From: Tubiluchus corallicola
Taxonomy: Eukaryota; Animalia; Priapulida
Assembly: GCA_030141605.1 (NCBI GenBank)
Contig: JAQGDQ010000138.1
Span: 310,001-374,000 of the forward strand
DNA: 64,000 nucleotides
Reading direction: 5' to 3'
In this document: positions 41,104 to 59,565 of the stretch, piece by piece
Numbering within the stretch: position 1 is the stretch's first letter
Layout of the letters: each line of letters opens with the position of its first letter
Notes under the pieces: model-generated
Told to the model about the DNA's origin: nothing
Database searches by the model: none
The model's input: the letters and a program-made list of their open reading frames with translations, nothing else
Position numbers and translations under genes: made by a program

Positions 41104-43285
41104 TTTTAAAATACGCTAAACCTGCAATGGATATGAGATATGCAGTGTACTCTTGTAGAGATAAACAGCTTGTCAGTATAAATTTTGATGAGCAATCATT
41201 GTGAAAAGGCAGTTGAAGACTTAAACAATTACTGATATAACTTCAGTATCATCTGCACATATGACACTAAGATATTAAAACTATTTCTACTTTTCTCATA
41301 AACAAAGCTCTCCGCATCTGACAAGTTTTTATACTTGTTACACTATTCTGTGGATGACTTCTGTACTGTCTCTATCACCCTGTGCATATATCTGGGCTTA
41401 CAGAGGTTGAACAAACGTGTACTGTTTTATAAGAACTTCAATGCAGTTTATGATTTTATAATCGAAACCCATGTACAAAAAGGTCACTATTTTATTACTG
41501 ATTTTGATAACACAAGTCAAATAGTAGGCCTAATAAAACATTCACTGAAAATTCGGTCTGTGAACTACAGTCAATTCTCCTTTACTCATATCTCTGGTAT
41601 GTTGTATTATGTGAAATGCGTGTAATGTTAAATTTTATAAACCTTCTTGTGCAGGCAAACCAGTTAATAGATATGAGTATAAATCCTTGTACAGGTAAAT
41701 TGATTCAGCGGTATGAGTGAAAACTGTAACTGTCTGTAACTGTGTAAACAGAGCCTCATTTACATAACGTAAACATAAATTGGATAACCACCATATGTAC
41801 TGAACTTCACTGAACAGAATTATTACTAGTAAACTTAAAACAATGTATGCAGTTATAAAATGAATACTGACAATTCTCTCTTGGGTAGTAAGCTTTATTT
41901 GGTTGTGATAATTTGTTATTGCTCAAATATAATGTACAGTTATTACCATTTTAACATCCACTACTAATGATAACAAAAATAGTAATGACCAAACACTTTG
42001 TTAAGCCCGACTTTCAGAACAAGCGAAACTCTCTGCAAACAATTTTAATAATTGGTAACATGATCTTTGTAAATGTGCTTAGTCCTGACACTTGCAGTTT
42101 CTTATCCTAACAATTAAAATAATGAGTCATGAACTAGAAAAATACGACAGTATGAGAAGAAAACATCAAGCAACAAAATTTTGCATGTCAAAATGCTTTC
42201 CTGAAAACATAATAAAAATAAACTATTCCTGAAATGAAACGATTTTTAATGCCAGAACCAAGAAAGGCGGTCAAGGCTAACTGCAAATTTTCTAAATACA
42301 TTCGACTTCACCATTTATGTGAACTAAAAAGATGGGCCAAATTATTTAGGTAAAACAATTCTCGTACAACAATTTTATGTTTTACTTCGAGTTGCAAAAT
42401 ATGCAAGGTAACAGCATTAGGGATGAAAAGACTTTTACATACATACTAAGGATATAATTTATGTTTACATTAACTTTATGCTTAGAATATAATTTATCTT
42501 AATTAAAATGGAATGTCAATCAAACTATGCCACAGTTAATCATAACATGGCAACAATTACTATCAGCGACACTATCAATACATATAATGCATGCACTTTC
42601 TATCAGCTAACACTTGATTAACACTAACACTTATTTATAAAACTCAACAGTGACCAAATCAGATAATACTAGGTGATATAGTATTTTTTAGAACTTTTAT
42701 TAAATGAGGAAATGGGATCATTCAATCATTTAATAGCTGAGTAGCTGGCAACATAAGTGTAAACATAGATATATTGCAACCATCTGATATGAACACTTCG
42801 AAGAGTAAGTCAAGTTTCTTTATGAGACATAGTGTCTATATATTACAAATATATAGGTTATGGTGTTGCAGTGATAGTAACTGGGGACACAGAAGGCCCA
42901 TTAAACAGCAGAAGATACTTTTATTTACTTGAATTTATTTATTTAAACTTCTAAATGGTTTGAAACTTTACCACCTGTAACAGAGAGTTTGTGTTGAAGC
43001 ACAGAACCAGCCTTATTGCGTCTTTTTTTTCATTTTGAGGCATCTTATTGAGTGATGCTCACAAGCCACTAATACAAAAATTGTTTACTCAACAGTAATT
43101 TATATGTTATTTCGAATTCAGCATTATTAATGTTTCTCTTTGGAAAGTTATCTAATTAGGTACTTGCACTGGGTCATGTTCCTGGTTAGTACATGCAAAA
43201 ATTATTGAATAACGATGTTTATAGCATACATATGTGTGAATTATTAATTACGTAATCAAAATCCTACGAGAATGTTAATGCCACA

Positions 43286-49823
<6,538 letters not shown>

Positions 49824-51931
49824 CTAAAAATAAATCAGTTATAGCATCTCTACCTGGCAAGCACCAGGCTGACAGGCATGTCTTAACAATTTAAATTCAG
49901 AACAAAAAATAAATTTATAGCAAGGTTTGGCAGGATATAATGACAGAGTATTGTGATCTCCCTTCAGCTAAAGACCAGTTCCAGAAATTACTGTCTCACT
50001 AAATATTTCGCTGTATCAGCCACTAGGGTTGTAAATTGTTTAGCTAACTTTAAATATTAAATCTTCCAAATGAATCATAATATGAAATCCAAATAAATGC
50101 AATTATTGCTAAAATGTGAGTTTTTGACCCATTAATGTCACTAAAATAACAAATAATGGACTAGAACATTAAATTAACAGGAAATACATTAGTCGGTGTT
50201 GCAAATGACTTACTCGTGCAGATACTATAGTGAAGTGCAACTAGCCCTAGCAACCCACAATACATCATACAAATGTCTTTACAATCATATTTACAGGTTT
50301 ACACTAAAAAAAATTAAGCAAATGTTTGGAAATAAACTGATTTCGTCATCACTTATTAAAAATCAAACAGATTTTAATTTTATATAATAAAATTTACAGA
50401 GAGAGAACTACTTGTTATTAAAAATTCTAATGCGTATGATTTGAATTTCTTTGCTCGGAAGTAGCGAACCTCAACTTCCCACTCATTTCTCAATGTTCTG
50501 TTCCCAGACGATTTTTTTCCAGCGATCTGCACTGTCTGTAACAGGAGACTGGCACTTCTATATTCCGGGGAGAGTGGGTAGGTTTAAAAAGCGCTTTACT
50601 GTTTCTTGTTAGGTATAAACAAAGCTGGTATAAAAGTACACAAATTTCAAATGGTTCCATGATAGACATATTTTAATTAAGTTGTAAAAAATCTATTAGC
50701 CCATTAGCTCTCTTGTTCAAAAATATCCTCATGATTTATGGTTACATACGTTTAAGGACGTTGGGCTACTGCATTTTCTGTTAGCTATTTTTTCAGATGA
50801 AAGTGGTGTTCAGAGCACCTTCCATGCTGGTACCAGTTCAGGTGGGAGTTGCAGCATATATTAGTTTAGCCGTGATCCCGATTATCGGAAGAGTAACAAT
50901 TTTTTTTTTGATGATCGGAACTTGAGCAACAGTAAAGTCGCAGTTCCAATGATCGGAACAGTATCTCGAAAATTCAGGATTCCGATCACTGGCACAATAC
51001 TCATGTCTTTTTGTTTCTTATTAATATTAGACTTTGGTCTACTACAGGCAAAATTTACATTTCATCGGCACAAACAAAAATTTGGTGATTCAGCGCTTTC
51101 TGTGAATGTGGATTTGGATGACTACATACTCATTACACATTAAGTGTAAGGGGCACAATTCTTGCAGAGGAAATGCTTTTCTAAATCCTTATCTTGTTAC
51201 GACGGTTACAATTAGCACACTTTGTGTACAGATCGTTCATAATCAATTTGTATGTGCCTTATGCAGTGAATAGCAGATCTACAGTAGGGTTTTCCACTAT
51301 GTGTTTGAATAGATTTTTATATTCACTACTGAATACTTTGTATCTTACAAACTGCAAAGTGCGTTGTAGCTTCGTTGTTTCCTCGGTTTCCACTCTATCT
51401 GGTTAGATAGGCACAAATGACTATCACCGCGCAAGACACAAGTAAAGTGATCAACCTAGATACTTTATAAACTGTGTATGACTATTGTTATTCTGGCTAA
51501 ATGGACATGGTTGCAAACAAGTTTTTTATTTTAGTATTACGGTCAGATGAAATCATCTTTGAATTTTTGTCCACACTTTAACTGTTTCAAATCTACGTGC
51601 CTTCCTGGACAACACTCACCTACACGCTGCTAATGACAGGAAGGCTTTTCCAAAAATACAATCGACAAAAAACCGGATCAAACTAAATCGTTTAATTCGG
51701 CTCACATCACATCATAGCAGAAAATGGGCGGAGCCGAGGGTGTCAAACATTTTACAGAGATGCAAGCAAAAATAAATAAAAAAAACTTTTGCTTAAAGAC
51801 TGAAAACTCAGTGGTACGCAGTAAAACAGCATTAAAATCATGTCGTTACAGCAAAAATATTTCGTTTGTTTTAACACAATATTGCAATAAGTAACCGTCA
51901 AACAAATCGGTTTCGTTACAGAGGTAATCAG

Positions 51932-51938
51932 CCTTTCA
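51932..51938 (+). promoter_or_regulatory. Putative TCT/5'TOP-type start of RPL22
   Basis: CCTTTC pyrimidine run ~25 nt upstream of the RPL22 ATG, as expected for ribosomal-protein genes; GC-box-like GGGCGGAG at ~51726. Confidence 0.5.
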
Positions 51939-51957
51939 TGTAGTGTGATTTTGCGCC

Positions 51958-54900
51958 ATGGTTGTGGTTTGTATTTCTTCCACTATAATTATAGTGGTTT
52001 ATATTTCTTACGTCTTGCATGCCTTTCTGTAGCATCTTCTGTTAACTACTAGAGTGTGGTTCGTAATATGGTATTTGCGATTTTAACAGATGGCTTTGTC
52101 TTTCAAAAATTGAAATGGATATAATTAGATGTTATGTATCCATCGGCACACGGCTTCGGCGTATGCTCTGCTGAGTTGCTATGCTAAAATTCTGACCTAC
52201 TTTTCTTAATCGGTTAAAATTTAAATCATTAGGCGCGGTGAGGGTTCAGTGTTTCACATGACACATTTCTCTGAACATATTCTATGTAAACTATGAAGCA
52301 TTTGTTCACTGCACAATGTTTTTACACAGGATGATTAAACTTGAAGTAATATTCTATCACTAAGTCACAGTAAGTGATCGAGAGGTGACAGCTAGGCTCC
52401 TTATAGTGGAAATTACTGAAGAAATGCTTATGAAGAAGCTCAAAATACCTAAGGCGCCTGGTCCGAACGGATTTTGTCCAAAAATACCTAATGAAATTGA
52501 CAAGGAGTTGGCTGTTCCACTTGCCATTACAGATTACAGACCAATAAGGTTAACATTGATACTCATAAAACTTTAAAAGTCTTTGAATCATTTATATGCG
52601 ATGCTGTAGTCAACCATATGGATTTTCTTCTGGTAAATCTTGTGTGACTCTATTGTCCAAAATACACTTATTCCAAGCAAGATGATGAAGACATAATAAA
52701 ATCATTAGTGGTCACAAACTGTAGTCACAACTGGGTGTGCTAATTGATGAGGACCTGAAGTTTCACAGTCATACAAGCTCAGTGGTAAACAAAGCCAATG
52801 AAATTCTGGGAACCATCAAACATATATTTACATATATAAACAGTGAAATGATTGTTCAGATCATCAAAACTCTTAGTGACCGTACCTAGAATATACCTTA
52901 CCTTACGTTACCTTATGTTGTTTTGGCAAAGTAATCTTCTAGCCAAATCGTGTAAATACGTTCATATACGCATCCTCAAAGAAGGCCTTGTATTTGTAGA
53001 CTATCTCTTTCCCAGCCCAGTGCTTGTTCAACCTTCTCTTAAGTACGTCTACACTTGGTTGTGCGTACCACATCATTGGATAAACTATTCCATGCATCTA
53101 CAATTCTGTGCGAAAAATGATTCAATCCTGTGCATGTGTTTTTCACAGCTGAGTGACGCCTCCAAAGTGCTTGTCTAAACGGTTGTTGAAGATGCTCAAT
53201 AATTAATGGTGTCTCCATCATGTGTCCCTGTAGGCTGTAATCATGGTGTTCTCACTGTGAAAAAATGTTTTTATTGAGTTGAATTTTGATGAAGTTATGA
53301 GCAACGCATTTATTTAGGAACGGAAGGTTGCAAAGAAGTCGAAGCCCCAACAGAAGGGAAAAGTCAAGAAGAAGAAAATCAATTTAAAATTTGTCATTGA
53401 TTGCACACATCCTGTTGAAGATGGAATAATGAATGCAAGCGACTTTGTAAGTTGATTTAAATCTTCATTTTTTATGTGAGCATTGACTCTGTAATACGAG
53501 TCATAATTTTATTGCTTAGCAGTAACAGTGCATTTCTTACAGATAATCTTATCTTGTAGTGCATATAGCTAATGATTTATTCATATTAGCATTGGGTCTC
53601 CTATTAGATGAAACATCACGATACTTGACAAATTAATTTCACTAATCAACATGGTACATACAACCGTTTTGACATCATTTTCAGTGCTAGAATCAAGTCA
53701 CAACATATATGCTTTGGCTCTATTCTAGCATTGAAAATTGTTGATTTCCAGATGCTAGCTCGTTCATGTGTTTAATTTCACTCATATATGTACTAGTTTG
53801 TTGTTTGAAACTAGACTCCATGTCAGAGAGAGAGAGAGAGAAATGAGTTAATAAGAGATAAATTTTCTTCATTTATACTTGGTACCCTGGCGAGGAAAAA
53901 GTTCTAAATACCCCCAAGTTTTACGTAGACACCGATATTTCCATCTGCAACTCTGGGCTGACGTTGCGTCCTGTGGAACTGTTTTGTTGTGAAACAGACT
54001 GCATACAGTTTTGCATCATGCATTAAATACGTTCTACCATAATATTTAATGTATGGATGTGTAACATGATGAGTATTATATTGTTAACTATCACAATTTG
54101 CAATGGAGTTTTAATTTGTGTTACTTGAAAAGACTAGAAAAAAATCACAGACCAGCTCCAGTGTAGTTTGCATGTGGCTACCCTGTCGTTCAATATCTGT
54201 GTAAAGCGAATGACAAGTCGCTATACCACATCTGAATTTCTTGTGCTGTGGTACGAGACTCGTCAACAATATTAAGTTCAAGCTTAATCATTATTATTAA
54301 TATTAGTCTTCGTTTCAATTGTCATTAAACTAGCTTTGGTTAATAAGAAAAATTTTAGTGTGACAGTTCACTCTTGTTGCAGAAAACGCATGTATTGACA
54401 GCTTTTTCTTTTAACTGAACTCTTAAGGCAGCATTTACCGGCCAATGTTAAGGAAGAAGGACTTGTCTGAACATTCAGTTATTTTGTTGGACTCAGCAAT
54501 AAGCTCAATTCACAGAAGACTTCCAAAATGAGCTCCTTGGAACCATTTGCCATCAAGCACCAGTTTTATTCTCTTCAGCAGCTTTCTACACAGTTCTGTC
54601 ATATCACCTGATATTTGGGGAGATCCTAATACTGTGATTTTGGCAACTTCTACTATGACAGTCTTTTCATAATTCAGACCTAGTTGACTATGATGTCATA
54701 ACCTTACATTGCATCCTGGACTCCTATGTCTATATTCTACAATGGTATTAGGACTAGTCTGGCAATGTTGCTGTACTAAGATGTACTAGATTCTAGAACC
54801 ATTGTTTAAACATGCTTATATTTGATTTTCGAGTTGTAATTTTATAAATAATATTTTTCTGCTCTATCTATCGATGAAGTTTGCAGACGTATTAGTTTTG

Positions 54901-55552
54901 CTCAAACAGACAAAAAATAATCATTTTTGTGGGTTAGGGCTATCTTCCCTAATCTTGGAATAGGGTTATCTTCCCTAATCCATTTGCTTTATTATGGCAA
55001 CAGGAAACGTTTCTCCAGCAAAGGATCAAGGTTGGAGGCAAGACAGGTAATCTTGGTAACAATGTGACGATCACAAAGGATAAGAGTAAGATTACCATCA
55101 CTGCCGATATCCCATTTTCAAAGCGGTAATGATAACATTTTTGTTTGTTTTATTTCATTAGCCATTGTTCTTACTACATTAGTAATCCAGTCATAGCGAA
55201 AATTAATATTAATGTTTTCGTTTCAATTGTAATTTAAATTTATATTTGCAAAATCTTTGTTTCCACAAATATTACAGATTTGAAATGATGCCTTTCAAAG
55301 TAAACGTGCTGACACAATGATGCTTATTATATCCTGATCAAATCTGTTGCGACAAAAAATTCTTTGGATTTCGGAAGATCCAAAAATTATTTTGCTGTGT
55401 ATCATAGGTACTTGAAGTATTTGACAAAGAAATACCTGAAGAAGAATAATCTTCGAGACTGGCTGCGTGTTGTTGCAAACAAGAAAGACTCCTATGAACT
55501 GAGATACTTCCAGATTAATAACGAGGAAGAAGATGAAGATGAAGGCGATTAA
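51958..55552 (+). CDS. RPL22: 60S ribosomal protein L22 (eL22)
   Basis: Exons 51958-~51966 (ATG GTT GTG, or ATG only), 53318-53446 ([20 protein letters not shown]), 55004-55125 ([16 protein letters not shown]...PFSKR) and 55408-55552 ([23 protein letters not shown]...YELRYFQI, acidic tail). AATAAA at ~55615. Exon 1 is less certain. Confidence 0.95.
52385..53225. mobile_element. CR1/L2-type LINE remnants in RPL22 intron 1 (plus-strand RT pieces joined to a minus-strand 3' end)
   Basis: Plus strand: [57 protein letters not shown]. Minus strand: [25 protein letters not shown] and a (TAAGG)n tail at ~52893-52915. Confidence 0.75.
55274..55347 (+). ncRNA. Intronic box C/D snoRNA, predicted 18S rRNA 2'-O-methylation guide (SNORD105-like)
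   Basis: Perfect 10-bp terminal stem ACAGATTTGA/TCAAATCTGT; box C ATGATG (55285-55290), D' CTGA, C' ATGATG, D CTGA (55334-55337). The D' guide TTTCAAAGTAAACG is complementary to the conserved 18S tract CGUUUACUUUGAAA. It lies ~60-70 nt upstream of the 3' splice site of a ribosomal-protein intron. Confidence 0.88.
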
Positions 55553-55889
55553 ATTTGCAGAGCTGAACAGCAATGTTTTCATATTTTTGGTAGCAAATTG
55601 ATATTCTGGTGGAAAATAAATGGCTTGAAAAATATGTTTCGTTACGTTTTTGATACTGTTTGTCTCTTTTATTGGAAAGTTGTGTAACAGAAAGACAAGT
55701 TTCAGCTTGTATCCATAATTCTCTACAGGACTGCAAACAAACAGTAGTAGATAACTTCTTGCTGAAAATTCCAGCTAGCAAATTTCAAAATTCTACACGA
55801 CTGAAACCAGTTCGACTTGACTTACTGGTCAACAGACTTGCTATAAACTCGAGATTGTGGATTAGACCATGCTGTCTGTGCTACTATTT

Positions 55890-56580
55890 TTAATTCAAGG
55901 GGGCAAATAAAAAATCCGAAGGTCATTCGATGCAGAATTCTTTCTAGTATATTTCTGTGAAATTTTGTGACGATCCGTGCCAAATTTGTGGAGCCTTGGG
56001 CTATTCTCAAAAATGATGTCGCTACCATCTGGAATTCAAAATGGCAAATTGAGAAAATCCGACTCTGTCAAATGCAGAATTCGTTCTAGTATACTGGTAT
56101 TCCTGTAAAGTTTCATAACGATTCGTTACAAATTAGCAGACTTTGTTTAAAAACGAATGTTATCGCCAGCAATTTTAATTCAAAATGGTGTATAAAAAAT
56201 GTGGCTTAATCAGTCGATGTGGTACTTGTTCTTCTAGCATAAGCATATTCCTGCAAAGTTTCATAATGATCCACTGCGAATTGACGGTCTTGGATTTTTT
56301 TGAAAATAATCTTTATCGTCACTTTGTTGAAGTCAAAATGTAGATAGAATCATAGAACATCTGATTCCATCAGCCAGTGGAATTCATTTCAGTATGTTCC
56401 AGTAAAGTATCATGGCAGTCCATTGCAAATAGACGTAGTCTTGGGGCTTTTTCTGAAAATTATGTCATTGTCGCCATCTTGAATTCAACATGGCGGAAAT
56501 CCAACTCGGTCAGTCAATGTAGAATTCGTACTAATATATTCAAGTGAAGTTTCATGACAATCCAACGGCTTTTTTTGAAT
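55890..56580. repeat. Degenerate tandem array, ~141-153-bp unit, about 5 copies
   Basis: Repeated AATTCAAAATGG...GAATTC..TCTAGTAT...TTCCTG.AAAGTTTCAT...GATCC...GCCATCTT units starting near 55892, 56033, 56176, 56329 and 56482. Confidence 0.8.
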
Positions 56581-57202
56581 GTCACCCCAACAAGAACAAC
56601 ATACAAAAGACCAGCGATTTGGGTCTAGTTCCTGAACCAAAAATATCTGCTGGTTGCTATGATAATAACAATGGCAAAGTGGGTGCTTGACTTGTTCATC
56701 ATTTAATGCTTTTTCCCACTGCCTAATAAAATCTGTAAATTATTGTGTAATTTGTGTTTCATCGTTGTGAAATTTTTATATGTTTAATTCAGATTCTGCA
56801 GAGGGTTTATTATACTAATGTGGGTAAAATAGGGTATTTAACAATTTATTGTGTCTGCAGAAATCTGCATTGTGTAAAAAAGGGATGATTTGTGCAACTT
56901 GTCTTGCCCGTAAATGTACGAGAGCTCGAATCTGACAAACGGAAGGTGTTGTGTGTCGAGGAAAATTAAATAAAAAGCCCTTATCATCAAAACAACAAGA
57001 ATTCATTAACTTCTACAATTGTAGGGACAAAGTTTATTTTAATAACTATTATTTGTCATAATTTTGTAGCAATTTACTGAACATGATTGTACAACAGCTA
57101 CAATCTGCATCATGCAGGTGAACACTAATATATATACATATAGTATTCTTTAAAATCAGTTTCAATTAAAACAAATCTGACTAAAAACTTATAATTACTG
57201 CA

Positions 57203-59565
57203 TATCAGCGTCAAGTACATGTACAACATACAGCACCTGATGTGAAAAAACTAGTGCATTACGTTTTTAAATGATAATGAAAGCATTGTTTACTCTAGAA
57301 ATTTGTTACTTGTATCTGATTAAATGTAGGCCTACCATTATAATAATACAATTAACAATGGATATTGGGAATGTGTTTATACAAATATTTCAAAAACTTT
57401 ACCACAAGTTTACCAATAAATTTTGTTTGTGTTATGCACATCCTGTTTCACTTGCAATCACAAAGTTCAGTTATTATTTTGTTGTCCTAACTTTGTAGCA
57501 CCTCATGAATTAACTTGGAGACAAAATGTTGAAACAACTAGTCAATTATATATGAGTAACACCTAAGTATATCACAACCACAAAACAAATAACTACAGTC
57601 ATACACTATATAACTATAAAGAAATTAATACTATTAGCAATGTCTGTATATAAATAATAACAAACTGTTTTCCAGCCGGTCAGGTAAAAGTTCAAGCAGC
57701 AGTGTAGATCACTTATTCTGCACTATGCTTACTACTGTACCATATTCACAATGCACGTCATAGTTATTCATACTAGAACAACCACAATGTAGTAGATGGA
57801 ATTTTTGCAACAGTATTTTATATATATATATATATTAAACCTTGTAAAATGAATTACTTTATTTTGCCGATTATTGTTAACTAAAAACATGATTGCTAGT
57901 TACAAATAACCCAATGTTTTAAAAAATAAATACTACATTAGTTAAGTGGAATACAGGACCTATAAACTGCTATAGGCAATATTAAATACATTTAATGATT
58001 TTACTTTGATTTTTCACAGTCATATTTTTTATTGTCAGCATCCATTCATAACTAACTTAACTTGGCAAATGACCACTGTATCAGTTGGCTTGCATGGAAT
58101 CATTATTGAATTATGTGACCAAACAGTACATTTTCAAGTTTGAAACACTATTAGTACTTCTTATCTAACCCAGTAGTAATTCAGTCACCATAATTGCTGA
58201 ACTCTTGACTCATTCTGACATGCATTGGAACTAAAATTTCTGTTGACCCCCAATACTAGTTACACAATGCATGCTGAATTCACAAAATACTAGGAGTAGG
58301 TTAACAGATAAAACACTGCAGCAAATAAAACAGATACTTTGTACACAAACTTACATTCTATTTACAGGCAAGGTATATCAGTTTATATTAAGCACCTGTG
58401 AAAATTCATCTATTGTCAGTACAAAAGGAAAAATTTTGTAAATCATTGTTTCCGTTTCGAACTAAATGCAGCTGCTGATTTTCGATGTAAACTTCATCAA
58501 TGCATCCTTGGAAGCCCTGATAATAATCATCTGGTAAACCTTTGGGAACGTGATCAAGAGGAGCACCACCTAAAAAATAAAATTTCTTTTTCAGTTCATG
58601 CAGAATGCTATTTCCTCTTCACAACACTCAAAGCACACACTGCACAGCGCAGCGCTGTGACATCATTGAAATAAAGTGTTCTCAATTCATAGCATGTATG
58701 TATGCCAAGACAACATTGCAACTAGCATTTTAACCAGATGACACAATGTATGGTTTTAAGAAGGAACAAATTAATAATCAATTTAATTTCACAAAACAAA
58801 GTAAATTACACAGCTAAGAACCAATAATCGACTTTAGCTATACACACAACTGTAACATCATCGAAATAAAATGTTCTCAATTCATAGCATGTATGTATGC
58901 CAAGACAACATTGCAACACCAGATGACACAATGTATGGTCTTAAGAAGGAACAAATTAATAATCAATTTAATTTCACAAAACAAAGTAAATTACACAGCT
59001 AAGAAGCAATAATCGATTTTAGCTATACACAGACTTGAATTTTCCATATTTCGAATATTAAGAATTGCAGCAACACACCTCCAGAAAAAGGACTAAGATT
59101 AATTGATCTGGTTTTGCCAAACCAATGTCAAATACTGACATACGAAATTAACCCATGTTTATACTATAAAATGCAGTCAGAGAGCAGCTAGATAATCACG
59201 CATGTAGTCATTGAGCAGGATAAAAGTTACATATTTCTTAATTATATATTTCTCTGAGCTGATTTAAATATTTAAATTTTGCTTACATGTGCAAATGACC
59301 GCTGCCTACAGCTTTATTTGAACTTTATTTTAACTTTTATTTTATTCCTTAAACACAGTTTATATCAGTGTCAAATACATGTACAACATACAGCACCCGA
59401 TATAAAAAATTAGTGCATTGCGGTTTTTTTAAAATATGATAATGAAAGCGTCGCTTCCCCTATAGAAATTTGTTATCTGTACCTAATTAAATGCACCATT
59501 ATTAATAATACAATTAACAATGAGTAAAAGGGACGTGTTTATACAAACTTTACCACAAGTTTAGA
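57203..59565. repeat. Dispersed direct repeat of ~210 bp: 57203-57412 (downstream of agrin stop) and 59363-59562 (last agrin intron)
   Basis: Both copies share TATCAG.GTCAA.TACATGTACAACATACAGCACC.GAT...AATAATACAATTAACAATG...ACTTTACCACAAGTT. Confidence 0.8.

Noticed and set aside
53878-54010. Several short hairpins in RPL22 intron 2 resembling an H/ACA RNA
   Set aside because: No properly placed H box and the stems are short; not supportable by eye.
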